Below, piece by piece: positions 11,457 through 21,687 of a stretch of 64,000 nt of DNA; position 1 is the stretch's first letter; every line of letters starts with the position of its first letter. The position numbers and the translations under genes were made by a program. Location of the stretch: NCBI RefSeq assembly GCF_032191835.1, contig NC_083240.1:34844001-34908000 (forward strand), written 5' to 3'. The DNA is from Heteronotia binoei (Eukaryota). Below the pieces are notes generated by a model. That model ran no database searches. It worked only from the letters and a program-made list of their open reading frames with translations, and had not been told where the DNA came from.

Positions 11457-11723
11457 GAGAGCCAGTTTGGTGTAGTGGTTAAGTGTGCGGACTCTTATCT
11501 GGGAGAACCGGGTTTGATTCCCCACTCCTCCACTTGCAGCTGCTGGCATGGCCTTGGGTCAGCCGTAGCTCTCATAGGAGTTGTCCTTGAAAGGGCAGCT
11601 TCTGTCAGAGCTCTCTCCCACCTCTCAGGGTGTCTGTTGTGGGGGGAGAAGAGATTGTAAACTGCTCTGAGTCTCTGATTCAGGGAGAAGGGCAGGTTAT
11701 AAATCTGCAATTCTTCTTCTTCT
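11457..11723 (+). mobile_element. Squam3-type SINE inserted in an octamer-bearing hAT MITE
   Basis: Full head, body and (TTC)n tail. TATTA duplicated on both sides. Another copy lies at 12360-12625. Confidence 0.8.
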
Positions 11724-13257
11724 ATTAGGCCACACCCTCTGATATCACTACTGTTCCACACGGGGGGGGGGTGTAGAAAAAGCCCAGCTGGAGCTCAGTT
11801 GCATATTAGGCCACACCCCTTGACACCAAGCCAGCCAGAACTGCCTTCCTATGCGTTCCTGCTAAAAAAAAAAAAGGCCCTGGGCCTATTGTAAAATATG
11901 CGATGAAAAATTTGATACATGTTTGTTATTCCTATGAATTAGCATTGCAGGATTGTGAGGACAATTTTTTCCAGTGTTGATTTTCATGAATTGTGAGACT
12001 TTTGCATAGTAATTTGGGCTGTGAGCTTCTTTGCTTCTTTCCCTCAGTCTGTAGCATGTCCTCAGCACCTGATCCCCGCTAGCACCGCTGCCCCCGTGGC
12101 TCCTGCCCAGCTCGGAAGGCTCCTCTTAGCCACTGCGGCTCCCTCCGAGGAGGAGAAAGGCTCTTTTGCTTGACAGGCCCTATGAAGCTGTTGTCACCCT
12201 CATCCCCTCCCCCACCTCTTGGGGGCAACGGAGTTCAGACCTGGGAGCAGGGCATGGTGTGCAGATGTGAGCGGAAGAGGCGCTTGCCCTGTTCCTAGGA
12301 ACTCGGACTCTGCCAGCTTTGAGCACTGCTGGGTTCCTAGAATAAGAGGTGCTGCTGTGGGAGCCAGACTGGTGTAGTGGTTAAGTGCACGGACTCTTAT
12401 CCAGGAGAACCAGGTTTGATTCTGCACTCCTCCACATACACCTGCTGATGTGACCTTGGATCAGCCACAAGAGCCACTTCTGTCAGAGCTCTCTCAGCCC
12501 CACCTACCTCACAGGGTGTCTGTTGTGGGGAAGAGAAGGGAAAGATTTGTAAACCTGATTTGTAATCTGAGACTCCTTTTGGTTGTGAAGGGCGGGGTAT
12601 AAATCCAATCTCCTCCTCCTCTTCTTTTTCTCCCCCCAAACTGGTCTGCAGCTGCAGGCACTGGAGCAGGCTCACTGGTTCTGCTCTCTTTGGGTCTAGA
12701 AGGGAGATGTCAGAACCGGTTCTTTTTTTTGAAGACCAAAAAAATGCCCGTTTTAAAAAGAAGCAGCAGCATCTTCTCTCTCACACGCACACTCACCTTA
12801 AGTGCAAGGAGTAATGTCACCAATTGCAAAGTCTGGTTTTCAAAAAAATATTCCACTGAGAAGAATTGGGGTGGAGGAGGGCTGTACCTCTTAGCCCCAT
12901 TCCGGCCTCTCAAGATCCTTTCCTCAGAGCACTGAAGTCCTCTTGCATCTTTGCTGTCCATGTACATGAGGGAAGGGGGTTGTCTCCTCTGTCTTGCCAA
13001 CCATCTACCCGAGTCTTGTTTCCTCTGTCTGGCTCAGGAAAGTTCTCTCTCAGTGCCAACAAGTATTCCCTCTAAGGCAGGGGTGGCCAACGGTAGCTCT
13101 CCAGACGTTTTTTTTTGCCTACAACTCCCATCAGCCCCAGCCAGCATGGCCAATGGCTGGGGCTGATGGGAGTTGTAGGCAAAAAACATCTGGAGAGCTG
13201 CCACCCCTGCTCTAAGGTGATGGATTCAAGTGGGCAGCCATGTTGGTCAGAAGCAGT

Positions 13258-13408
13258 AGAACAAAGTAGGGGTCAAGGGTGCACCTTTAAAACCAACAAA
13301 GTTTTATTCAGAATGTAAGCTTTCGTATGCATGCGTATGAAAGCTGACATTCTGAATAAAACTTGGTTGGTCTTAAAGGTGCGCACCGTGACTCCTGCTT
13401 TGTTCTTC
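13258..13408. repeat. About 150-bp near-perfect hairpin of Penelope-type ends
   Basis: AGAACAAAGTAGG...TTCAGAATGTAAGCTTTC...GAAAGCTGACATTCTGAA...CCTGCTTTGTTCT. The centre lacks the CUGANGA core. Confidence 0.7.
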
Positions 13409-16400
13409 CCTCTGAGGTGAGTTAACGTGAGCTGGCTCCAGCTCATACACTTTTGCTTTAGCTCAGGAAGGATGGCCCCAGAGCAAACTAAGTTATGCAG
13501 TAGCCAAATTGCTCCCTCACAAGTTTAAGGCCAGTAGCTCACCAAGTAGAATTTTTGCTCACGAGATTCCACAATTTAGAGGGCACATTGGTGCCGACAG
13601 CGGCTCTCTGTTTGCCAAGTAGATGCCCCCCACTTGTGCCACAGCCCTTCTCTTCAAACAACATAGGACAATGCGGGGAGTCTGGGGCATCTTTCTGTGC
13701 AGAAAGGTGCCCCCCCTCCTGTTCCAAGATTTGACATCCCCCCCCCACACACAAAAAAAACAAAAGGGAAGCAGGATTGTGCTTTTCCTAATCTGCTCAG
13801 CCGGACTCTCTTAATGCCACTCTGAAGAATGTGCTTTGAGGGGGGGGCTCTTCTGATCCATGGGGCAAGAGAGGGTCACCTCGCTGACCCCAAGTAGCGG
13901 GCCTGGCTGGGGGACAAAGAGCTCTGCCCCAGGACTTGAAAGGGACGGGGAAAGAGAGCTCCAAAAGGAGGCCGAGTCCCACAGCCCTTGCCACATCACC
14001 CCACCTCGGTTGCCATGCCAACCCACCTCAGCCCACCCCCTTGGAAGGCAGTCATGAATTCAGGCTGAGGGGGCTCGGAGGTAACTCTCGGTCAGGCCCT
14101 GCCGCTTGGGCGAACCCTTTCCTCATCAGGCCCTCTCAGCCAGGGGGTGGCTTCCTGCCCGGTCTGAGGCTGTAGCCAGGCTTCCCTCACCCCACAGTGA
14201 GCCTGCTCCTTTCCCAGCCTTGGGAGGAGGGGAATTAAAGGAAGAACCGCAGGGAGCACCAAAAAGACTCAACTGGGCTGCTGAGACCTTGCCTCACTGT
14301 GCTTCTGAAGGCCTCACTTTCCTTTGTGTCAGTTGATTTATTTGGCCATCCAATGGACTTACGGTGACCCCCCCATAGAGTTTTCAAGGCAAAAGAGGAA
14401 CGGAGGTGGTTGGCCAGGGCCTGCTTCTGTGTAGCAATCATAAACTTCCTTGGTGGTCTCCAGGGGTTACGGTTGCAAAGTCCCGTGTCCCAAAGTGGGA
14501 CCATAGAGTTTTCCCTCCCAAATGGCTAGAGCGTCCAGGAAAACCATAGAGTTTTCCCGGAAGTGCCTAGAGCAGCTGCTGCGTACTGTCACCAGTGCAA
14601 TGACATCACTTCCGGGCGACGTAGGGGGAAGTTCATTGGGCCGGCAGGTTGGGAACCTCCCTGGCAGGGGAACCCCCACCTGGGAACCCCTACCAGCTCA
14701 GCATCTACCTTAAAACGCTGCTTGAATTATCATTGTCATAATAAAACCTTGTAATAAAACCTCGCTGCCATCATACTTTTTAAAATTGCTTTCTCCACAG
14801 TGGCATGATGATTTCCATCTGTCTGCTTTCTACATTTTGAATATCTTGAATATTAGAAAGTTTCTCAAATCTTAAGAGTTCAGCAAAATTCTCACAGGGG
14901 GTTTGAACAAGGGAGCCCGGAAGCATTTGGGGGGAGAGGATAAGAAAGAAAGAGCACTATAAAATGTAGACGTTCCGGAGCTCCTGCCCAAAATGAGGCC
15001 TGGTGGTCTCCCATCCAAGTACTAACCAGGGCTAACCCTGGTCAGATCAGGCTAACCTGGGTTATCCAGGTCAGGGCACAGAATATTTGTTCACTTGCCA
15101 AAAGTGTTGCAAGCTTAAAAGACTCACTTCCCTGAAATAAGAACTTCCTTAAGACCTCTCTCGAGCCCCTGGCTGCATTCTGAAAGCTGAGGGGCTGTGG
15201 GTTATTTAAGGATAAGCAGGATTATCGATTTAAGCATTATGGGCCCCATCTTTTCCCTCAGAAAGCCTCCCTTACGTGGGGGAGCTGGGCATAGGATTTC
15301 TTCTGCGGCCAACGCACACTTGAGCTGAGTGCCACAAGAAGTAGCAAAGGCTTAGACGGCTGTACAAGGCAATTAGATACATTCATGGCATTAAGAGGGG
15401 TCCATTGGCAGCTGCTAACCGCAATGTTCAAAGTTTCAAATGAGTAGCCATGTTAGCATGCACAGTGGCGGTGCTAGGACGCTGGCACCCCAGGTACAGC
15501 AGTGCCATCACCCCAGCGCCAGCACCGGTGAGGGCAAACACAGCTGCAGCGAGGTTCCCAGTGTCAGTGTGCACACCACTGCTGCCCACCATTACTGTGC
15601 CTCTCACATCTGTGACGTGAGAGGCAGAGCGACGGTGGGAAGCGGCAGTGCGCATGCCTATACCGGGAGCCTTGCTGTTGCTTCTAAGCAGACTATTTCA
15701 GTCCGTTTAGAAGCACGGGCAGGTGGGAGAGCCCAAACCAGCGCCCTCTCCCCAGCTCACTGTTCCAGACAGCTGCCTACTGTGGCTCAATGGACGCACC
15801 AGGCCTGAGCATGCAGGAGAGCAAGATTCAAGCCCAGTAGCGCCTCAGAGAGTGACGAGGTTTCCAAGGTGTAAGCTTTCAAGAGTCAATGCTCCCTTTG
15901 TCCATGTTCAGAAGAACTCTGCCTCAACACCATTTCTTAGGGGACAACAAAAGGATGTTCTGACCCCTGAATTGCTACTACTGCTGTGGACCTTCTTGAG
16001 TATCTGGCTGGGCAGTGTGGGGAATAGAATGCTGGACCAGATGAACTCGCCTCGATCTGTTCTAGGAGGACTCTCGTGTTCTCCTCGCCACTCAGTGGTA
16101 GCAGAAAGATAGGTTATTATCTCCCTCATTCCAAAGCTGAAAAGCTGGCATTAAAGAGAGCTTTCTGGGGCTGAGTCACTGGGAGGCTGCAGCTGGAATT
16201 AGACCTTTTGAAGAAGAAGATTGCAGACTTATACCCAACCCTTCTCTCTGAATCAGAGACTCAAAGCGGCTTACAATCTCCTATATTTTCTCCCCCCACA
16301 ACAAACACCCTGTGAAGTGGGTGGGGCTCAGAGGGCTCTCACAGCAGCTGCCCTTTCAAGGACAATTTCTGCGATAGTTATGGCTAACCCAAGGCCATTC

Positions 16401-17019
16401 CAGCAGGTGCAAGTGGAGGAGTGGGGAATGTACTTACCTGTTAAATCCCACAGTAGTTTTGCCTGGATGCTTTGTAAGTAGGGTTGCCAACTCTGAGTTG
16501 GGAAATACCTGCAGATATTGGGGCTGGAACTAGGGGAAGGTCGGGTTTTGGGGAGGGAAGATAAGAGTCTGCACACTTAACCACTACACCAGCGGTCCCC
16601 AACCTTTTTGGCACCAGGGACTGTTTTTATGGAAGGCAATTTTTCCAGGGACTGGGGGGCGGGGGGGAATGGGTTCGGGATGATACAATTGTGCACTTTA
16701 TTTATATTAGTTTGGTGTGGTGGTTAAGTGCATGGATTCTTATCTGGGAGAACCGGGTTTGAATCCCCACTTCTGCACTTGCAGCTACTAGAATGGCCTT
16801 GGGTCAGCCATAGCTCTCGCAGAGTTGTCCTTGAAAGGGCAGCTGCTGTAAAGAGCTCTCTCAGCCCCACCCACCTCACAGGGTGTCTGCTGGGAGGGAA
16901 GAAGATAAAGGAGATTGTAAGTCATCAAAGATTTCAGGTTTTCATGGCTGGCATCATCATTAGGGTTTGTAGAATCTTTCGGGCTCAAGTGCCGTGTTCT
17001 ACTGGAGAAAGTTTTCCTT

Positions 17020-17060
17020 CCAGACGTTTCGTTCTCAGCTGAGGAGAACATCCTCAGTGG
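17020..17060 (-). ncRNA. Minimal type I hammerhead ribozyme motif (GUC site)
   Basis: Minus strand reads CCA-CUGAGGA-U-GUUCUC(cucagcu)GAGAAC-GAAA-C-GUC-UGG. This gives a 3-bp stem I, 6-bp stem II and a palindromic ACGU in place of helix III. Confidence 0.7.
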
Positions 17061-17179
17061 CGTTACAGCCGGAGCAGGCGCTCTGACCTTCTTGGCTGCT
17101 GTGCATTGAGTGCATTGCATTGCATCCCACTCAATGCACAGCAGCCAAGAAGGTCTGAGCGCCTGCTCCGGCTGCAACG

Positions 17180-17220
17180 CCACTGAGGATGTTCTCCGCA
17201 GCTGAGAACGAAACGTTTGG
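17180..17220 (+). ncRNA. Minimal type I hammerhead ribozyme motif (GUU site)
   Basis: CCA-CUGAGGA-U-GUUCUC(cgcagcu)GAGAAC-GAAA-C-GUU-UGG, the mirror copy of 17020-17060. Confidence 0.65.
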
Positions 17221-18733
17221 AAGGAAAACTTTCTCCAGTAGAACACGGCACTTGAGCCCGAAAGATTCTACAAACCCTAAAGATTGTAAGTCCCTCCGAG
17301 GCTCTGATTCAGAGAGAAGGGTGGGGCATAAATCTGTGGTCTTCTTCCTCCTCCCCCCAAAATAATAATAACAACAATAATAATTTTCTTCAATTTGGGA
17401 TGCCCCCAGGAAGCCTTTTGATGAGGAACAGGGCACCTTTCCAGCATAATCACAGAGGGTTCCTGGAGACATCTCAAATAGTAGTGTAGAGGCAGTTTGG
17501 TGTAGTGGTTAAGTGTGCGGACTCTTATCTGGGAGAATTGGGTTTGATACTCCACTCCTCCACTTGCACCTGCTGGAATGGCCTTGGGTCAGCCATAGCT
17601 CTGGCAGAGGTTGTCCTTGAAAGGGCAGCTGCTGTGAGAGCCCTCTCAGCCCCACCCACCTCACAGGGTGTCTGTTGTGGGGGAAGAAGCTGATGCTGCA
17701 TGAATTCACATATTTACTGATCCTGACCCTGAGATCTCCTTCCTAGGGAAGTACATCGATATGATAATGGAAGGGGGGTGGGTTGCCCAGATGAACATAA
17801 CTTTACATTTACTAGCAGGGAATCACATTTTCAGTGTTTGATTGCTGTTTAAATACATCTTTTGAGATGTAATATTGTATTTAACATAGCGAGCTGTTGC
17901 TCTGACAGCATGGCAAAGAGTTTCTTGCAGTTCAAATCTCACCTCGAATATTTTTCTCTTATTTTCAGGGGTATCAGGGTTCCTTTTCCATGGTAGAAGT
18001 CCAGCAGCAAAAGAAATGAGAAAATGGCACCCTCCAGTGGCCATTTGGCTTAATTTTAAAAAAAATCTTATGTAATTACGTAGGTATTTATAGGGGGCAC
18101 AGAGCGTTAAAGCTGCAGTACTGCAGTCCTAATCTCCTCTCATGACCTGAGTTCGATCCCCAGCGGAAGCTGGGTTTTCAAATAGCCGGCTCGAGGCTGA
18201 CTTTGCCTTCCAGCCTTCCAAGGTCAGTAGAAGGAGTCCCCAGTTTGCTGGGGGGAAAGCGTAGATGACTGGGGAAGGCAATGGCAAGCCACCCTGTAAA
18301 AAGTCTGCCATGAAAACGTTGTGAAAGCAACGTCACCCCAGAGTCGGAAACGACCGGTGCTTGCACAGGGGACCTTTCCTTTCTTTCCAAGGGGGACCTA
18401 AAAGTAGCTTACAAACACTGGTTTCCCCACTTTCATTTTATCCTCGATACAAAAACTCTTCCATAGAGATAGATCAAGATGGGTACAGTGGCCATGTCAG
18501 TCTGTAGCAGTAAAAAAGAACAAGAGTCCAGGGGTACCCTAAAGACTAACAGATTTTGTAGCACGCTATGAATTTTTATGACTCTCGGGCTGCTAATATC
18601 TGAGTGGTGAGACTACTCAATTTTAGCTGGCAGAACAGAGAGCTACAGGGGACCATATAAAAGAATATCAAGATGGGAAGCCATGTTAGTCTGTTTGCAG
18701 CAGTAGAAAAGGACAAGAGCCCAGTAGCACCTT

Positions 18734-19014
18734 TGTTATGCATTGCATCCAAGTCTTCGGGTATAACACAGCGAACGCTACAGAGGCGACTAGGGGAAAC
18801 CCACTGGTCCCCAGATGTAGCTCGCTAATACGCTCCGCCTATCAAGCTCTGTGGCTGGAAGTTTAACTGGCCAGGATTGGACCTGGCCAGATGGAGGGTT
18901 GTTCCGGGGCATGTATATATTTGGGACCCGGCTGGACCACGTTTCACCCTCTTGTGATGTACCAGCTAATAAAGTATGTTGTCTTCAACACGTCTCGTCA
19001 CTGGGTACATTACA
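18734..19014 (+). mobile_element. Solo LTR (281 bp), Gypsy/ERV type
   Basis: Starts TGTTA and ends TTACA. Perfect 5-bp TSD ACCTT (18729-18733 and 19015-19019). TATATAT 18914-18920, then AATAAA 18968-18973. Interrupts a Penelope-type fragment. Confidence 0.85.
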
Positions 19015-19379
19015 ACCTTAAAGACTAACACAGGGATGGTCAAACTGTGGCTTGGGAGCAATGTTCCCTCTAAGCTGCAGAGACTTGTGGGCAAAAATTC
19101 TACTTTGTGAGCTGCTGGCACTGAAGTTGGGAGCTCCTGCATAAATTAGTGTGCTCTGTGGGGGGTCACCCTCCGCTCACCCTAACTCAGCTTCGCGGGA
19201 ACACTGGTTGAGGGAACACAGATTTAGTCCAGCACTCCGATCCTGAAACACCACCCACTGGCTCTTGAGTTTTCCTAGGTTCCAAAAGAAGGCGCCATTT
19301 CCTTCTTCCAGGCCACCTGACGGCTCCTTCCCCTACTGGCCCCAAGAATGGATGGATGCTGCCAAGAGTCAGGGAAGGG

Positions 19380-19880
19380 GGCCGCCTGCGCCCTTGGACG
19401 ATGGCTTTGCAAGTTGGCGCCGAGCCCCGTCGCCTCCCCCGGAGCTGCCGAGCGTAAAAGCGCACAGCCCGCGGCGGGGCTCCCAGCGGCTATTCTCGGG
19501 GCCGGCCTTGGCAAGCGCCGCCGAGGAGGGGCCGCCCCACGCAGCTGCCTGCCCTTTGGCCCCTGCAGGCCCGCCTGCGGCCGAGGGCGTCGCTCCGTCC
19601 AGAGGCCCGGGGAAGAAGAGGGGAGCGAGCGAGCGGCGGCCCGCCAGGTACCGGGGCGCGGGGAGGGGGCGCGCGCAGGGGCTCCAGGTTTCTCCCCGCG
19701 GCCTAGGCCGGCCTTGAGCGCCACGTGGGAGCCCCGCTGCAGCCGCCGGCGCGCCAGCCCGCCCTGCCTGCGTCGCAGTGACCTCTTGGCAACCCCCCCC
19801 CCACCCCGCTGCAGCGCTGAGGCTGAAGCGTCGCAGGCACCGGGGATGGAAAGGCGGCGCCTCTTGGTGTTACCTTCGGG
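19380..19880 (+). promoter_or_regulatory. CpG island; probable promoter and non-coding first exon of the APRT-like gene
   Basis: CpG-dense block. Candidate donor CCAG|GTACCG at 19648 and candidate acceptor CCCTTTGCAG| at 21644, upstream of ATG 21688. The splice pairing is inferred. Confidence 0.6.
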
Positions 19881-19991
19881 GGCCTTGTTGATAGATCCAA
19901 GCGGGCAGCCGTGTTGGTCTGAAGCAGTTGAACAAGGCAGGAGTCAAGTGGCACCTTTAAGGCCAACCAATTTTTATGCTCTTAAGGTTAT

Positions 19992-20296
19992 AAAGGAAAG
20001 GAAAGGTCCCCTGTGCAAGCACCAGTCGTTTCCGACTCAGGGGTGACGTTGCTTTCACAACGTTTTCGTGGCAGACTTTTGACGGGGTGGTTTGCCATTG
20101 CCTTCCTCAGTCTTTTTACACTTTCCCCCCAGCAAGCTGGGGACTCATTTGACCGACCTCGGAAGGATGGAAGGCTGAGTCAACCTTGGGCTGGCTACCT
20201 GAACCAGCTTTCGCTGGGATCGAATTCAGGTCGTGAGCAGAGTTCAGATCACAGTACTGCAGTACTGCTGCTTTACCACTCTGTGCCACGAGCCGC
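19992..20296 (-). mobile_element. Sauria-SINE-like tRNA SINE with RTE/Bov-B-type tail
   Basis: 10-bp TSD TTAAGGTTAT (19982-19991 and 20297-20306). Tail GGCAATGGCAAACCAC...GAGTCGGAAACGACTG. Other copies at 6344-6638 (+), 18094-18387 (+) and 61310-61570 (-). Confidence 0.78.
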
Positions 20297-20491
20297 TTAA
20301 GGTTATCAAAGGTGTGCTCAATTTGTTAATTTTACTATTTTCACTACCCACCGTGTTACATTCTAAACCACTGCCTACCAGATAATTTTACTTCACTGTC
20401 TTAAATCTTGGTTCTTAAATCTGTACCATGTTGCATTCTGGGCCACTGCCTACCAGCTATGTATGGCTCTGTTCACTGTGCTGGATTCCTC

Positions 20492-20529
20492 GTCTGATGA
20501 AGTGTGCTTAAGAGCACACGAAAGCTTAC
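20492..20529 (+). ncRNA. Minimal hammerhead ribozyme motif in a Penelope/Neptune-type terminal fragment
   Basis: GU-CUGAUGA-A-GUGUGCU(uaag)AGCACAC-GAAA-G-CUU-AC, with a 7-bp stem II and palindromic AAGCUU. Followed by the typical pLTR end ...AATAAAAATTGGTTGGTCTTAAAGGTG. Confidence 0.6.
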
Positions 20530-21687
20530 TTCTAAATAAAAATTGGTTGGTCTTAAAGGTGAAACTTGACTCCTGCTTTGGAGAATTGTTGAGCCTGTCC
20601 AGCCCTTGGGCAAGCGAGGGCTCATCTACGCGACGGTTGTTGCCCCAGCGGGTGCAGGGTTGCAGTCAGAAGGAGAGGGTGGTGCGTCACTGCCCTAGGG
20701 TTGCCAGTCCCCAGGTGGATAGTGAAACTAGGATCTTAGCGTGCAGCTCTGTATAAATTTTTAAAAACCGCTAAGAGACACCATAGATTTTAAACATTAA
20801 AACAGTGTAATGCAGAGGTCAGTGGTGTTCTGACCAAGCTTGCGCGTAGAACTTCAAATAGACAAGAGCATGTAGCAAAAAGGCATTCACAGAAGACAGT
20901 TCAAAAACAGTATTTCCAATCACAAAGGAGTAACAATATTCCAGTATTTAGTTCATAGAATTACAAGAAGCCCTTCCAAAGACATCTGTTCTAGTTACCA
21001 AGACGTTTCATCCGTCTTTCTTCAGTTTGGAGGCTTATTTATCACTGGAACCCAATCTTTACAATACATTCATAGGAGACCAACAAGGTTCAGAACATGT
21101 CTGTAAGATTTCCAGGTTCTTCCAGGTGGGGGCAGGGGATCCCCCGGTTTGATGCCTTCCTTCCACTTCAGAGTCATCAGAAAGTGGGGGCGGGGGGAGG
21201 AAATGTGTGCTGAGCACTCCATTATTCCCTATGGAGACCAATTTCCATAGGGTATAATGGAGAATTGATCCACGTACATCCGAGGGGCTGTGTTTTGAGG
21301 TAGATGCAACAAATTTTCATCATAGCATCCGGTGCCTCTCCTCAAAACACCCCCCAAGTTTCGAAAAGATTGGACCAGGGGGTCCAATTCTATGAGCCTC
21401 CAAAGAAGGTGCCTCATTCTTCATTATTTCCAAACGGAGGGAAGGCCTTTTAAAAGGTGTGCGGTCCCTTTAAATGTGATGGCCACAACTCTCTTTGGTG
21501 TCCAATTATGTTTGTCCCAACCTGGCTCCTGGCTCCACCCCCAAAATTCCCAGATATTTTGGACCTAGCAACCCTTCGCTGCACAGTCCTCAGGACTTGC
21601 TTGGCTCATCGCTATTTGCACGGATTTCCTCCCTCCCTTTGCAGCTGGTGCCTCTTCTTCTTCACCAAGGCAGCCTGACCGTATTCC

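Larger units (their letters stand above)
16924..17280. mobile_element. Penelope-like inverted pLTR palindrome inserted in a Squam3 SINE
   Basis: Arms 16960-17112 and 17128-17280 are near-perfect reverse complements with a 15-nt loop. Flanked by duplicated AGATTGTAAGTC (16912-16923 and 17281-17292). Each arm carries a hammerhead core. Confidence 0.8.
16709..17350 (+). mobile_element. Squam3-type SINE interrupted by the Penelope palindrome
   Basis: Head and body 16709-16923, tail 17281-17350. Nearby copies at 16210-16432 (-), 16561-16590 (-, head only) and 17488-17690 (+). Confidence 0.8.
19888..20580. mobile_element. Penelope-like palindromic fragment interrupted by a Sauria-type SINE
   Basis: Left end GGCAGCCGTGTTGGTCTGAAGCAG...GGCACCTTTAAGGCCAACC; right end GGTTGGTCTTAAAGGTG...GACTCCTGCTTTG. 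Related copies at about 8910-9170, 13219-13410, 18480-18560, 18670-19030, 50000-50100 and 52940-53130. Confidence 0.6.

Noticed and set aside
19265-20046. Long overlapping ORFs in the CpG island
   Set aside because: GC-rich, stop-poor sequence with no recognisable domain. Splicing the 19265 ORF at 19648 to 21645 hits a stop before ATG 21688.
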